A DNA stretch of 64,000 nt from Candidatus Latescibacterota bacterium (GTDB lineage: Bacteria; Latescibacterota; UBA2968; GCA-2709665), in contig CBDDDZ010000004.1 in the NCBI GenBank assembly GCA_965226795.1, positions 827,392 through 891,391 of the forward strand, in the 5' to 3' direction. This document shows, piece after piece, positions 39,535 through 51,772 of this stretch. The translations under genes and the position numbers were made by a program. The notes beneath the pieces are model-generated. The model was given only the letters and a program-made list of their open reading frames with translations, was not told the origin of the DNA and did not search any database. Positions within the stretch are counted from its first letter, which is position 1; every line of letters begins with the position of its first letter.

Positions 39535-39973
39535 AGGTTCCACCACCCCCCAACGTCCCCTATTCCCTTGCCCTTTTCGCGAGGCGGGGAGACGGAAGAG
39601 GTTAGAGGACCTTGCCACCTGATGTGGCGCCAAGCCTTGCCCTTTTTCTTGCATCGCCCAAGATTGAAAAGGGCGAAAAAGAAGGGCGCCTGCCTGCCGA
39701 GCACGGCTCGGCGCAGGCAGGCCGCTCGGCGCGGGCCGGTTTTTCCGTGAATCACGCCAGGGGAACAAATGGGAATCGGGTGCCCTACGCCTCTCAGCTG
39801 AACCAATACAGCGGTGCTGGACGGAATAGCACGGAGAATCCGCCTCCGCCCGCGCAGCGGGTGACCTGTTGTTCCGGTGATTCTGCGGGACAACAGGGGA
39901 CGTCTGTTTCTGGCGTTCGAGGCTGATGGTGAGCGGCGCGTTTCTTGCCGCGAACAAACCCCCCACGCCACCG
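39535..39973 (-). repeat. Non-coding structured repeat element, right copy (inverted)
   Basis: The reverse complement aligns with 19876-20293 and has extra internal hairpins. Confidence 0.85.
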
Positions 39974-40233
39974 GGCGGGAAGAGGATAGACCCGAAAGGA
40001 CCGCCGCGGGATTGGCGCAGTACCGCCTTAGGCTGATTGCTGAAAGATGACCGCTGTTTTTGCTGCTTCTTGATGGCACCTACATACCCACTTACCCATC
40101 AAAAAGACACGGGTAGATGATTATGGAGTTTCCCCGGTTTAGGGGACTTTCGAGGGGAAAATGGGAATAAATCGGCCCAGAGAGATGAGTGTTTTCCCAG
40201 GGCGCTGTATTTTCCGAAAAAATGATCAGTAGG

Positions 40234-41567
40234 TTAATAATAATGATTTTGCCGCACATCCTTAAGTTCTTTAGCAACAAATTCAATACTTAATGGGCAA
40301 AAGTTAAATTGTTCATAAAGTCGTTTTAGAATCGCATGTACTACCTCGATAAGATTATTTTCTATTTCTTCTGATTTAACTGTCAACCCGACCGAATATT
40401 TTTCAATCTTACTTACATAAATATCTCTGCGGAGACCTGGTACTTCGCATTGGCAATGTGACGTCCTTTGAGGCCCGTAAAATGAAATTGAAGTATAACC
40501 TGCTCTATTTTATCAAGAGTTTTCATATATCGATTAACAAATAATATTCCTTCACCTAAACGCCAGATCAGTGAAGAGTCATAAAGTACCTTACCAGGTG
40601 GTTCCTGACTATCTTCACGATAACCACAAATAGTGTACAACTTGCCATCAAGAGAAGCCCGCCAAAAATTACAGTGATGCGTCTCTTCAATTGATCGTTT
40701 ATCATTAATTGGTATTCCAATATGCGCATTGATGAAATCATCATACGGGAATGGCGCCCAATCAGAATTTTGTAAGATGGGGAATACAGGCCACCCCGTA
40801 TGGTTAATTTGTCCAGCTTCATAAAGATGTGATTGAAGTTCGCTAACATTTTTAAAAGGAGTTGGGTTTAGTAAGGAAATAGACATTTCATAGTAGCCAT
40901 GCGGAAATCGAATAGGAGAATTAGTGGGTTGGTCTGCTACGGCTTTCTTCCAATAAGCACGAGCGTCACGGACAAATCTACGTAGTTTATCTATCTCATC
41001 TGGTTCTTTAGTTTCTGTTTCTTCAATATCTCCTGCTAAAGCTGTTCTAATTGCACTAAGTAGCTCTTCCTTATTGGCGATCACGCACCGCCTTAACAAC
41101 TTTCGCCATTCTTCTGATGTCTTTGGCTCTTCACTTTTAGGACCTGGTTTACGGATATAACAACGGTGTTGTCGGATGATACCTTCACAAAGTCGTTTAC
41201 TCATTATAGGTGTGGTTAATTCGGCTGGTACAATAATAACGGGATGCATTACCTCTGTATCGGGATGAGGTATATTATGGACATTACACTGCAATTCTGG
41301 TTCAGCAAATCTATTAATCGCTTGATTTACTAAATCTTGAGTCACTTGTGGCATTCTATCTGGTTTTGGAACTGATTTGAGAAATTGATCAACTTCACCA
41401 AAACCCATAACTATGTAACTCCCACCATGGTTAGCGAGAGCAATAGCAGCCTTTGCGAGTTTTGCTTTATCCTCAGTAATTGATAAATCAAGCCAATCTT
41501 TATATTCAACAGAGAGATCTTCCCGTGGTTGTGTAACAAGCGATTTAAGTTCTTCAATAGGAGGCAT
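40234..41567 (-). CDS. AlbA_2/Schlafen-like domain protein, AT-rich, with a frameshift near 40415
   Basis: REDLSVEYK...KAAIALANHGGSYIVMG. A second frame continues ...ENNLIEVVHAILKRLYEQFNF...ELKDVRQNHYY* to 40234. Confidence 0.8.
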
Positions 41568-41736
41568 AAGACCAATCCTTAATTTTGAATTTGTCTACAT
41601 CTGTGGGACGCCAATTCTTATCTCCTAAAAAGGAGGTGCCTTTTTGATGACCGGAGATCTCGGGAGATGTGGCTATTGAAGAGAATTAGATCTGTTATCG
41701 TGTTGCTGTACCGCCATCCCTCGACACTCATCAACT

Positions 41737-42504
41737 TCACGGCATCCAGATATTCCACTTGCCGTATTTTTCCCAGATGCGGCAGGTGTCGCAGGCGCAC
41801 ATCCACCGGAGGGCGAAACGCGGTTTATTGCTTGTGTTGAGAGATCCGGCGTGCACCAAAAGATAATGAAAAAACAGTACGTCTCCCGGGAAGGCGTCAG
41901 CTCAACAGGCTCTCCCAGATCGAACTTCTGCTGCGGGTTCTTTAAATCCGGCAGCATTCGATACCTGTCAGGGTCCTGCGCCGCCGTCTCGCGTAGCCTC
42001 CGGTGCGATCCGGGCCAGACAGCGGTACCGCCACCCTGAGCAACACCGGTATCGAGATACGTCAGCGACGAGACGCGAAATGATCCGGGAAAGACCGCGA
42101 AAGGTCGATGGACGCCGTCGGCATGCCCACCGAGATGATTCCAGATTCCCGATACCGGAAATACACTCTGCGTCCACACTGCCTCGGGCTGTGGTTTCCG
42201 ACAATGAAACGCCTCTGGATTTCTCCGGGCAAGTTGGCTTTGCACATCGTAAAACGCTGGTGTGCAACAGGCCAGCAACGCGGACTGAAGCCCGAAATGT
42301 TCAATCACACCCTGGCTTACGGCTGTCATCATCCCTTCCGGTTCGTCCGGCAACGGAGACCAAGACGCCGGATCGTTCCGATCCATACCAAGGACAGACT
42401 TCATCGCGGTTTCGGCACTGGCAATTGTCTCTTCCGGAATTAATCCCGGAGACCAGCACGTACCCGTCCCGGTCGTATTGTGCCAATTTCTCTTGTGAAA
42501 GCAT
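41737..42504 (-). pseudogene. Phytanoyl-CoA dioxygenase (PhyH)-like, frameshifted
   Basis: MLSQEKLAQYDRDGYVLVSG, HADG, YLDT...GGTAVWPGSH; several frameshifts. Confidence 0.8.
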
Positions 42505-42545
42505 AAATATCTCCTGGATCGATTGAATTTTCTCTAAAATTGGAC

Positions 42546-42604
42546 ACCGATATCCGTAATATGCAATTCGCTGAAAGTGTACGCAAGGAGCCAGAAGGGC
42601 CCCT
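42546..42604 (-). promoter_or_regulatory. Repeated promoter-like element, copy 1
   Basis: Minus strand TTGCGT-17 nt-CATATT, upstream of the PhyH gene. Homologous to 49001-49097 and 51676-51772. Confidence 0.55.
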
Positions 42605-42830
42605 AAAGGATGAACTTTCATCGTGCGGTAACGCTCGGTAGTTTCATCGGAGAGCACACAGGTGACTGCTGTTCCCGTCAGTCCCTGGCGAATTGAGGAA
42701 TTGGCCGAGAGACGCACATTGCGACGCGGTAAAGTCATTGGACGGTGCCGTTCCTTGTGCGGAGCATTCAGGCCATCCGTCCTGAGGCTCCGGTGATGAT
42801 GAAATACAATGATGGTGTGTCCCCAGCGCA

Positions 42831-45800
42831 ATGGCCGCTGAAATATGGAAACCAATGATCGAAAGAACATTCCAGAATATCTCTGAGGGCAAACTCAGCG
42901 AGGCAGATCAGCAGTCGTTCTTGGTCAGTTTAGATTGGTCGAGAGGGACGACATGGAAAAACCTTCTGCGCTCGAAGCGTGTGCTGATGATCTCAGAGGC
43001 GGGCGCGGGCAAGACGTATGAATGCCGAAAACAAGCGCGGCGTCTTTGGGATGCCGGAGAACCTGCATTCTTCATTGAGATGGCATCACTGGCGACGGGT
43101 GATCTACGCAGCCAGTTAGATGATAAAGAGGAAACGCGCCTGGACGATTGGCAATCCTCGCAATCCGACATCGCGACATTTTTCTTGGACTCTATCGATG
43201 AGCTCAAACTGACCCTCGGTTCATTTGAGCAGGCCCTAAAGCGCTTGAATAAAGGCATCGGTAGCCGGCTCGGCCGAGCCCGGATCGTCATTACGACGCG
43301 GCCGACCCCATTTGACGAACAGCTCTTGCGTAGCGTTCTGCCCGTACCTCCCGTGCCTTCGGCGGTGCCGAGTGAAGAATCGTTCGCGACGATCGCAATG
43401 CGTGATCATCAAACCCAACAAGCCGGGAACAATGACGATCACGCCCCTCCCAATTGGCGAACTGTTGCGCTGATGCCGCTATCCGAAGAGCAGATTATCG
43501 AATTCTGTAGCGATCAACTTGTGGAGAACCCTGCCGCGCTCCTGGAGGACTTGAAGAGACGGAACGCAGAGGAATTCGCGCGCCGCCCGCAGGACCCTAA
43601 TCGAATTATGCGCGGATTGGCGAGAACACAACCACATCCGCACTCATCGCACTCAAGTGGCGGCAAATGTGCACATAAAGCTGCTGCCCCGAGACGACAG
43701 GCACGAGCCCGCCCAACTGTCTGTTGAAAAAGCCGTTGAGGGGGCGAGCCGATTGGCCCTCGCCATGATGTTCATGCGCCGAATGACAATCCGGCACAGC
43801 GCAGCGTCAGATATCATCGATGATGAAGCCGCCCTTGATCCGGAAATCCTACTGTCGGATTGGAACCCGAATGAGCGGAAAGCTCTACTTGAACGGCCGC
43901 TCTTCGGATTTGCCTCGTACGGGCGCGTGCGTTTTCACCATCGTTCCGTCGTTGAATACTTAGCTACAGAACGCCTTAGGGCGCTCCGTGCCATGGGCAT
44001 GTCGTTCCGGGCTCTTAGGCGTTTGATCTTCGCGCAGACAAAAGGCAAGACGATTGTCCGACCATCAAAACGACCGATCGCAGGTTGGTTGGCTCTCACA
44101 GAAAATAGAATATTCAAGATGCTTCGGGACAACGAACCTGCTGTGCTTCTTGATGAAGGTGACCCAGAGGCTCTATCCCAAGACCGCAACGCAGCCAAGC
44201 ACTAAGTGCCTATGTGGAACGCTATGGTCAAGGCGGACGGCGTGAACTGATCGTTCCATACATCCAGGTTCATCGTTTCGCGTCTCGGCCGAACTGGCGG
44301 ACGACATCATTCAGAACTTTGGGGAATAGGATATCGAAAACCCTGATGTGCGTCTGATTCTTCTCCATCTCATTGAGGCGGGCCGCATCGGTGATTGCGC
44401 TGACATTGCGCACGGTGTAGCCGCTCGACGCTCTGGCGTGCCAGTTGTAGAGCGGCTGATTGCTGTCGATGCGATGGTTGCGATGCGGGATTCAAGACTC
44501 AAGGACATCGCGTGCGAGTTGGCGGCTGCTGATAGTCAATGGTCACACGAACTCGCACTGGGAGTCTTGTCGCAGCTGTTTCCGAGAGATCTTTCGATCG
44601 ACCAGTTTCTACAGACCCTGAGTTGGTTGAAAAATGGAAAGCGGAATATCCGCCAACTGAGTTGTCAACTACCCCGTCTAATCGCCAACACTGAGCTTGA
44701 CCCGCAAGACCTTAAGGCGCTTCGCGACGGGCTGGTCAAATTACTCTCTACAGGCCTCCGCTGGCGACCGGAATGGCCACACATCGTATGTGATCGGTCG
44801 TATCTAAGCGGCGCATTGGCCGTGGTCTGCGTGCGCGGACTCGGCCGGAGGAAAACCGATGGCTGGCTGCATGCGAGCGTTCTAGCGCTTCGTCTGAAAG
44901 ATGATCGCGAATACAGCAATGACGGAGGGTTCGTTGAGCTTCGCGACCGACTGAAGAACTTAGCAGCTGAAGAGAACGCGCGCCTTTTTTTTGCGGAAGA
45001 CGCCTTGGTTCAATCACTCCGCGCCGTCGCCGATCCCTGGCAGCGCTTCGCGGAAATCACGTTACACGACGGACCCGTCGAGCTTCGCTCAGATCGGGAT
45101 CTGGACTGGATCAAGGAAGCTCTCGCCGACGCGGCCCGTTCCGAAAACGACCGAGCTATGCTATTGGAGGCGGCGATCCGCCTACCGCCAAACCGAAAAC
45201 AGTGGCGGGATCATGTGTCGGGCCTGAAGGCGCTGGTTGCCGATCGGCCAAGTCTCCTTGCAGTAATCGATGAGCGCCTGAAGCCATCGAAGCACAACAA
45301 GGAGCGAGAGTACTGGGAGAAAAAGAAGGCGGAGTGGAAAAAGAAACGAGAGCGGCGAGCTGCCAAGAACCGTGCTAGTTGGATTCAGTTTTGGCGGAAA
45401 GTTGCGGAGCACCCAGACGACGCTTTCTCTTCCGAACATAGCCAGAACACAGCGTGGAAACTTTGGCAGGTAGTGAGCCACGACGGCGAAGATAGCCGTA
45501 CATCTGGGTGGAATCGGCGCTTTATTGAAGAGCACTTTGGAAAAGACACAGCGGACCGGTTGCGACGCACACTGATGGATATCTGGCGCAAAGACCATCC
45601 CACCCTCCCAAGCGAAAGACCGGAAGACCAGCGCGGAACCTATCTCGTCTGGTGGCAATTAGGGCTCGCCGCACTCTATGCGGAGGCCGAAGATCCTTCA
45701 TGGGCCGAGAAACTGACCGACGAAGAAGCCAAGCTTGCCGCACGTTACGCACCCATCGAACTCAATGGGTTGCCCAATTGGATGGAAAGTCTCGTCGATG

Positions 45801-47308
45801 TCCATCCAAGCGCGGTGGACGCAATACTTGGTAAAGAGTTGAGCTGGGAACTGAAGAGGGATCCTTCCGAAAATGGACATTCAATACTATTGCAAGACAT
45901 TAGTCTCGCGCCTGAACCGGTCGCAAGATTGTTTTTTTCTCGACTTCGCAAATGGTTGGACAGGGGCGGAGATGTTGTCGATGATGCGAGCGACCTCGCT
46001 GGTTCCACGGAACGACTTCGGCAGGTAATCGGCATTATGCTAAAACATGGCGACAAAGAAACGCGTGCGTACGTGCTCGCCATGGCGCATCGGCGTCTCC
46101 AGAAAGACCATCCAGAAGAGTCTGTTTTTATTTGGCTGCCGACGCTTATGCGACTGGATCCCGCTCTCGGTGTATCCACGTTTGAGGATCGTATCCGTAC
46201 GATCAAGCCGGGAGCTAATAGCGATGCGGTCAAATGGTTCAGCGTTCTATTCGGTGATCGTCATGATGCGATTAATCTGAAGACACCCGCATTCACGCCG
46301 CAACTGCTCCTTCGACTGCTCCGCCTCTCGTATGAGCATGTCAGGCCGACTGACGATGTCGAGCACGAGGGACCCTATTCGCCCGACACCCGCGACCACG
46401 CCGAACGCGCACGAAACGAGATTGTGAGCGCGTTGTTGGAGGCGAAAGGCGAAAAGGGCTGGAAAGCGAAACTGGAAATGGCTAGTGATCCGCACTGCGC
46501 ACATTTCAGCGACCGCATTATCGCGGTCGCTGAGGAGCATCGGGCACTTGAGATAGATTCTGTCCCGTTCGACGAGGAGCAAGCCATTGCGCTCGACAGG
46601 ACACACGAAGCACCTCCTGCAACAAACGAAGCAATGTTTGCCCTAATGAACGATCGGCTGGATGAAATTGATGACCTTTTGCAACACGACGCATCGCCAC
46701 GGGAAGTTTGGGCAGCGATCACTGACGAAAGGGTTCTGCGGCGCGAAATTGCACACGAGCTTGGAAATATTGCGAATGGTCTATACAAAGTGGACCAGGA
46801 AGCTGTTACGGCGGACGAAAACAGAACGGATATTCGTCTGCGTTCGGTAGTGTCAGAGCACGAAGCGGTGATCGAACTCAAACTCGCCGATAAACGGACG
46901 GCCCGCGACTTGCGAGACACGATCTATGGTCAACTGGTCACGAAATATATGGCGGCCGAGAACAGAAAGTCAGGGTGCCTGTTAGTAACTCTGGCACGAG
47001 ATCTGAATCGGAAGTGGAAACACCCGGATAGCGGAACCGATATCGACCTACCTGAGTTGGAGACGCTCCTCCGTGACGAAGCTACACGAGTGGAGATGAC
47101 GATTGGGCGGCGCACTAGCACTGAGCGTTCGCGTTCTAGACCTGCGTCCCTGATTGGCTTCCCAGAAACTGCGAAAGAACATTTGGATGCTTCAGGCCGG
47201 TTGGGCAAGAAAACTCTGTTTTCAATCGGGTACGGCGAAACCGTCAGCCATCCCCGCACCTGTTTCCCGATCTCCAACTCAGCAAGTTCAAAACTCTTAA
47301 CGACGTGA
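42831..47308 (+). pseudogene. Avs2-like STAND NTPase with a C-terminal PD-(D/E)xK nuclease, several frameshifts
   Basis: Walker A ISEAGAGKT, Walker B FFLDSIDE, ITTRP, RFHHRSVVEYL, a long helical region, and C-terminal EAVTADENRTDIRL...VIELK. Breaks near 43598, 44190-44330 and 47110. Confidence 0.75.
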
Positions 47309-47334
47309 AGACGGCATCCGCGGCAAACTCGCGA

Positions 47335-48105
47335 TCGAGGATCGCAGACTGTTCTGTTCGGCTAAATCAAACTGGACTCGATCCGCATGTACGCATATCT
47401 GACAATGCCGAGTTTATCAATGATAAAGCGTGTAGCCGCTGGCGGGAATATGGGGCTGTTGTTTAGACCGATGTATCCGAAAAACAAGCCGCCGACAGGA
47501 TTTTGGATTGATTTCCTGGCAGACCCTTGTGTATTTGAAAGTTGCTACCGAGATTGCCGATTATGGACGTCGGGGGGCGGACGATATAGTAAGCGATGTT
47601 GTGCATTGCCATCGCCCTCAGATTCCCAGTAAACGATGTCGGTATAGCCTCCGTCACGATTCCGGTGAATTTCCCACTTTTTGAAACCTGACTGTTTGCT
47701 CATCCAATTCTTCAGAACATCACCAGCAAGCGGATTCAGTAGATGTTCCTCCGAGATATTCTCTGCCAACTCGTAACTGATGATGTCTTTGCTACATCTT
47801 CGTTACCCCTTAAATTGACGAGTTGCATACAAGTCGTGGGTGCGGGACAGACAAACGAGGCTTTCCGTCGCGACGACGGTCATTGGCGCAAGCGTCCAGA
47901 TGTTCCGAGGATTTGTACAGTCGCCAACTGACGACGGCTTCGCCGTCACCAGGTCCCCCGAAAAAACGTCAGAACGACGTTCAATCTTTTTCCCGATGTG
48001 ATGCCAGGCGACACGTTTTGTTGAACTGATGCGAGGGGAGGGTAAATATCCAAGGGGCGAGCATCACCGACGTTGAGGACCTTGCTTTTCGAACGCGATG
48101 CATAA
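47335..48105 (-). pseudogene. Decayed, interrupted copy of the AhpC/TSA selenoprotein gene
   Basis: KVLNVGD...VLTFFRGTW-TGA-RRSRRQLA (47905-48081) and FIIDKLGIVRYAYM...QFDLAEQ (47350-47430), homologous to 54983-55560. Confidence 0.8.
47600..47830 (-). pseudogene. Fragment of a small ABM-like/hypothetical gene inserted in the peroxiredoxin remnant
   Basis: ELAENISEEHLL...NWMSKQSGFKKWEIHRNRDGGYTDIVYWES. Confidence 0.45.
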
Positions 48106-48183
48106 TCTGTGTTCTTTCTCGGGTAGCTCAATCTGCGTTCCGCGTAACAACAATACCGTTAGCTTGACTCAGGATCATCCGCT

Positions 48184-48942
48184 ATGGACAACGAATTGTT
48201 GCAACGGGGGTTCGTCCCCCAGCCGCTGACGCCCGCGCAATACAGCGCGCTGGACACCAACGGCTTCGTCATTCTGGAAGACGTCATCGCGCCCGACTGG
48301 CTGGCCGGGTTGCGCCATGCCTTTGACGCGATCTTTGCCCGCGAGGACGACAAAGCCGGTGCTGAGGTCGCCCAGATGGAGGGCGTGCGCCGCCTCGCCG
48401 ATCTGGTCAACAAGGGGACGGTCTTCGACGCTGTGTACCTGCAGCCGGCGCTGCTGACGGCGGTCTTTCACGTCTTGCAGCGGCCGTTTAAGCTGCACTC
48501 GCTCAACGGGCACGATCCACTACCCGGCAGCGGGTTACAGGGCCTGCACGCGGATTGGGGGCAGCCCACCGTGCCCGGCGGTCCGTACCACGTCGTCAAC
48601 TCGATGTGGATGCTCGACGATTTCACCCGGGTCAACGGCGCGACCCGCTGCGTCCCCGGCAGCCACCGCAAACCCGGCAGAATCGCCGACCACGTAGCCG
48701 ATCCCCTGGCCGATCATCCGGATCAAGTACAACTAACTGGACGCGCCGGCTCGGTCGCCGTATTCAACGGCAGCCTCTTGCACAGCTCATATCGCAACCT
48801 CAGCGACGCCCCCCGCCGCACCCTGCACTGCGCCTTTATCGCCCGCGAGCACCCGCAGCAGACGAACCAGCGCGGGTACCTGCAGCCCGAAACGGCCCAA
48901 CGCCTCTCGCCCCTGGCGCGCTACATCCTCGACGTGGCGTGA
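48184..48942 (+). CDS. Phytanoyl-CoA dioxygenase (PhyH) family protein
   Basis: QGLHADW (HxD), WMLDDFTRVNGATRCVPGSH, LLHSS and PRR. Confidence 0.9.
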   Translation: MDNELLQRGFVPQPLTPAQYSALDTNGFVILEDVIAPDWLAGLRHAFDAIFAREDDKAGAEVAQMEGVRRLADLVNKGTVFDAVYLQPALLTAVFHVLQRPFKLHSLNGHDPLPGSGLQGLHADWGQPTVPGGPYHVVNSMWMLDDFTRVNGATRCVPGSHRKPGRIADHVADPLADHPDQVQLTGRAGSVAVFNGSLLHSSYRNLSDAPRRTLHCAFIAREHPQQTNQRGYLQPETAQRLSPLARYILDVA

Positions 48943-49000
48943 ACCTGGAGGGTTTTCTCATACTGCTTTTCTTTGAGATGATCCACCGCGTACCAATATA

Positions 49001-49097
49001 GGAAAAATAAGGCACCGATATCAATACTATGCGATTCGCAGAAAACGTACGCAAGGGTCCGGCAGCGCCCCTGTTGAATCGCCTGTCGCCGCACAGA
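49001..49097 (-). promoter_or_regulatory. Repeated promoter-like element, copy 2
   Basis: AAATAAGGCACCGATATC...GAAAACGTACGCAAGG...GAATCGCCTGTCGCCGCACAGA aligns with 51676-51772. Confidence 0.5.
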
Positions 49098-49475
49098 CTC
49101 GCTTCGCCATCATGTTCGACGATCGCGTCCCTTTTCATTGATCCACGAACGCCACTTACACGATATTCTTGACACCCCCGGCCAGAGACCGTTCTTGAAA
49201 CTGCCTCAGCTTGGCCGCCGACGCCTTAATGAACCGCTTGGAAACGACATCCACCGCCCGCACCCGCCGACTGAACGGAATAACGCCCCGATATCGGCAC
49301 AAAGCAGTTCCCAGCAGGGGGGTCCCCTGATGAATCGCTTTTTGAGGACGATAAGCCAAACGCCTCCGGTACCGCCTCGGCCAATGCTTGCGCGAACCCG
49401 CGCCCGATACCTCAACGCCATCCGGTGACCAGCGCCGTTTGGCCGTCGAGCTTAAAAAAATCCAAAATCCCCATG

Positions 49476-49850
49476 CTATTCCCCTTGGTTCTGTCCTTGA
49501 AGAACGGTCAGTGCATCCCACGTCGCCGGAAATCCGCCGAAAGCGCTCATCTGCAACATGACCTCCTCAATCTCCTGCCTTGTGGATCCGCAACCAAGGG
49601 CTCGGTCGATGTGAACAGCAAGTTGTTCCGGCCTGCCGAGAACCGTCAAGGCCGCGATCGTGCACAGCAGACGGGTCTTGATGTCCAGCCCGTCCCGTCC
49701 GTACAGGTCATGCATCACGTGCTCCATCACGAGTCGCTCGAACTCGGGATGAAGTGTGCGCATCTTCTTGGCAGAGGCTTCTGCAGCGGCCTCTCCGAGC
49801 ATCGTCGAGAGAACTCTGCGCCCTGCTTCGTAGCGTTCACTTTCAGTCAT
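49476..49850 (-). CDS. Carboxymuconolactone decarboxylase family protein
   Basis: YGRDGLDIKTRLLCTIAALTVLG...HIDRAL...EIEEVMLQ...GGFPA. Confidence 0.9.
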   Translation of the reverse strand: MTESERYEAGRRVLSTMLGEAAAEASAKKMRTLHPEFERLVMEHVMHDLYGRDGLDIKTRLLCTIAALTVLGRPEQLAVHIDRALGCGSTRQEIEEVMLQMSAFGGFPATWDALTVLQGQNQGE

Positions 49851-50108
49851 ACATCCTCCGCCCTTGGGTGTCGATTAAAATTTTGACCGTGCTGTCGCCG
49901 CAGTAGCAGGCCGCCTTCATCGCAGGTGCCAGTCTGCGTCTTCAAGCGCCTCGTAGACCACGCCGCCCCCCACCTGCTCGGGCATGGGGATGCCGAGCAA
50001 GTAGCACAACGCCGGCGCGACATCCACCGCCCGCACCTGCCGACCGAGCGCCAGCAGCCCCTCAGCTCGATTCAGCCACGGGTTCCACTTGGATGTACCC
50101 CGGATCGT

Positions 50109-51525
50109 TCATACAAACAGCTCTTGTACCAGCGTCCGAGCCCGCTCGACCACGGTTTCAAGGCAGCCGGGGGCGAGCTTTGCCCAGTAGGTAACGTCTT
50201 CGTTGGCCTCGTGTCCGCCACGGGTGTAGGCCGCCCTCGTCGGCAGGTAGCCGACATAGTGCGTCGTGAGGTGCGCTGGAAAGAGAAACGGTGCCGCTGA
50301 GTTCGTTTTGAGTGCGAGTTGTCCTTCGACAAAAGGCTCTCCAGGCAGGCCGATAACGCCGAGGTCGCCGATGCGGAAACCCTGGATTTCATAGGGGAAC
50401 TCGGCGTCCCGCTGCCGGCATAGTTCGACGCTGCGGGTCGATGCGGCCCGAAACCAGTGCCGATCCACTTCGCTGTTTGCCTGGCGCGGCGGATGTGGAT
50501 TCTCAGTGAGAATCGCATTGACCTCGCGCAAGCGCTCGGCCGGAATCTCGCGGAAGGGCAGGCCGACCTTGTCGACTCTACAAGCCAACGCAGCGTTGTT
50601 GGCAAACGCCATATTGTGAACAATTCGTTCGCTCATCTGCGCCAATTCGCGCCCCATTCGCTGGTGATCCGGTCGGCAATCCGGGTCGAAAGGATGCCAG
50701 GGGTTGATGTTGCCGCAACAGCCGTTGACGACCAACGGCACTGCGTCGGAGCCGAATAGCTGTTGCATCTCCCGCGTCCAGGCACCAGGCCAATCCGCCG
50801 ACACCGCCCGGTAGGACTTGGGATTTCCGAACACATTGACCGGATGACAGGTGTAGTGCAGGAGAAAGGCCAGCGGCCGCATATCCATGTCCTGGACGCA
50901 GCACACGCCAACTTCCGGGTCCATCGGCCCTTCGAGATAGCAGATGTCCGCGATCCCGAACGGCTGTTGTTCCCGACCCAGCGGCTTGGGCATGGCGATG
51001 GTGCCGTCCCGGCGTATGCCGCGGCGATTGAAAGCCAGGTCCCCCAACACGCCACGCCCCAAACCGATGCGCACGGGTTGCAGCTTGCCCACCGCTTCGA
51101 CCGCGGCCTCCACTGCGGCGGCAGCAACCCGGTCCCCGTAGGCGCGCTCGCCTCCGCGCAGATACTCCGTCTCCTCTTTGGTCTCCAGAGGGAAAATCCG
51201 CATCCAGCATAAAGTAGCCGAGGCTCGGGGCGGAGTGCGTCTGGGTCGCCTGGACCATGATCGCCTCCGGTGCGATGCCCGTATGCTCGCCTATAACGGT
51301 GCGGATCTGGTCCGTGTAGTCCCAGGTGACAATGGTGAGATCCAGGATCACCATGCAGACGCGCCGCTGGCCGACTTCAAAGACGATGGCCTTGGCAAAA
51401 AGCGGATCCATCACGGTTTGGGCCGGGCGGTGCTCGCCAGCCCCGCTTCCCGCCAGATGCGTCCCCGGCGGTGGCGTGATGTCAATCATCGCTGCTCCGG
51501 CTCTCAGTAGGTTGGTCTCGTGCAT
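50109..51525 (-). CDS. Neutral/alkaline ceramidase-like amidohydrolase with a frameshift near 51190
   Basis: DITPP, DPLFAKA, ATQTHSAP, NRR, GPMDPEV, YTCHP, SADWPG, GCCGNINP, LPGEPF and GYLPT...GGHE. Confidence 0.85.
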
Positions 51526-51675
51526 GGTTTTTCCTTTCGGCGCCAAGGGCGTTGAAGCGCAAAAGAGGCTCGGCGTCGGTCAGCGCCCCTGATGCATATG
51601 GCAGGATAAACGGAATTTTGGCTGATTTGGAAAGGATCCAGGTCGTCACGCGAACGTGTGCGTTGTTCGGCCTGA

Positions 51676-51772
51676 GGAGAAATAAGGTACCGATATCGGT
51701 AATATGCAATTCGCCGAAAACGTACGCAAGGATCCAGCAGGGTCCCTCATGAATCGCTTGTCGTCCCACAGA
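51676..51772 (-). promoter_or_regulatory. Repeated promoter-like element, copy 3, with palindrome TACCGATATCGGTA
   Basis: Minus strand TTGCGT-17 nt-CATATT followed by a perfect 14-bp palindrome; upstream of the ceramidase-like gene. Confidence 0.55.

Noticed and set aside
38721-40079. 452-aa minus-strand ORF crossing the repeat element
   Set aside because: It overlaps a real plus-strand gene and non-coding repeats, and the frame is not preserved in the other repeat copy.
49138-50060. Short ORFs flanking the CMD gene (49138-49430, 49926-50060)
   Set aside because: No recognisable motif or RBS; probably decayed fragments that I cannot assign.
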